Source of the DNA: a bacterium | Lineage (GTDB): Bacteria > Zhuqueibacterota > Zhuqueibacteria > Residuimicrobiales > Krinioviventaceae | Length of the DNA: 64,000 bases | Assembly (NCBI GenBank): GCA_963674595.2 | Contig: CAXXFV010000008.1 | Span: 375,885 to 439,884 of the forward strand | Direction of reading: 5' to 3' | In this document: in pieces, positions 63,572 to 64,000 of the stretch | Layout of the letters: each line of letters starts with the position of its first letter | Position numbering within the stretch: the stretch's first letter is position 1 | The notes under the pieces: generated by a model | What the model was told of the DNA's origin: nothing | Seen by the model: only the letters and a program-made list of their open reading frames with translations | Database searches by the model: none | Translations under genes and position numbers: made by a program

Positions 63572-64000
63572 ATGGAAAATATTGAAATTATTACTGGTTT
63601 GGATATTGGGACAACCAAAATTGGTTGTTTAATCGCTGAAGTTTCAGAAACTGGTGAAATAAAAATGATAGGTGTTGGTACAGCGCCTTCGGATGGGTTG
63701 CGGTATGGTGTAGTCGTGGATGTGGATCGAACGGTTCGTTCAATCAAAACAGCGATAGAACGGGCTGAAGAGATGGCAGGCGTGGATGTGGATGTGGTTT
63801 TCGCCGGCATTGCAGGCGACCACATCCGTAGTATCAACGGACGCGGGGTTGTGGCAATTTCCGGAGAAAATGAAGAGGTAAGCTCTGACGATGTACGTCG
63901 GGTCATCGACGCTGCAAAAGCAGTAGCGCTTCCCATTGACCGGGAAATTATTCATATTTTGCCGCAAGAATTTATCGTTGATGATCAACGAGGAATTCGG
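63572..64000 (+). CDS. ftsA: Cell division protein FtsA (3'-truncated by the window; not in the ORF track)
   Basis: Manual translation: MENIEIITGLDIGTTKIGCLIAE...IGVG...SDGLRYGVVVD...AIERAEEMAG...GIAGDHIRS...IIHILPQEFIVDDQ. Confidence 0.95.
   Translation, partial: MENIEIITGLDIGTTKIGCLIAEVSETGEIKMIGVGTAPSDGLRYGVVVDVDRTVRSIKTAIERAEEMAGVDVDVVFAGIAGDHIRSINGRGVVAISGENEEVSSDDVRRVIDAAKAVALPIDREIIHILPQEFIVDDQRGIR

Noticed and set aside
63433-63988. Minus-strand ORFs of 167 aa and 82 aa in the ORF track
   Set aside because: They are antisense shadows of ftsA, which is clearly encoded on the + strand from 63572.

Overview
AT-rich bacterial chromosomal segment, most likely from a non-Bacteroidota FCB-related lineage such as KSB1 or Calditrichota. 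This is inferred from five secreted proteins ending in a 'QNYPNPFNP..T.I' T9SS-type-A/FlgD-Ig sorting domain together with sigma70-like promoters and Shine-Dalgarno sites. The left ~53 kb is accessory and metabolic. It carries an SSS symporter, a complete IS481-family element, a methyltransferase, GH92, two tandem paralogous LamG/CBM surface proteins, SulP, pyk-sdaA, a sulfatase with ppk2, a run of small co-oriented orphan genes, a disrupted KamA-family radical SAM gene, a ~2,270-aa FG-GAP/Ig adhesin-like protein, a UbiA-DUF362-HAD operon, a four-lipoprotein operon, a GTDC1/QTMAN-like glycosyltransferase behind a heterodimeric ABC exporter, and an integrin-alpha-repeat protein. The right ~10 kb is a dcw cluster (mraZ-rsmH-ftsL-orf-ftsI-murF-mraY-ftsW-murG-ftsQ-like-ftsA). 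murE, murD and murC are cleanly absent from it, and an orphan ORF sits between ftsL and ftsI. Several genes in the first 30 kb are split by single-base homopolymer indels, probably sequencing or assembly errors. No rRNA, tRNA or CRISPR array was seen. All product calls come from motif recognition by eye, not database searches.
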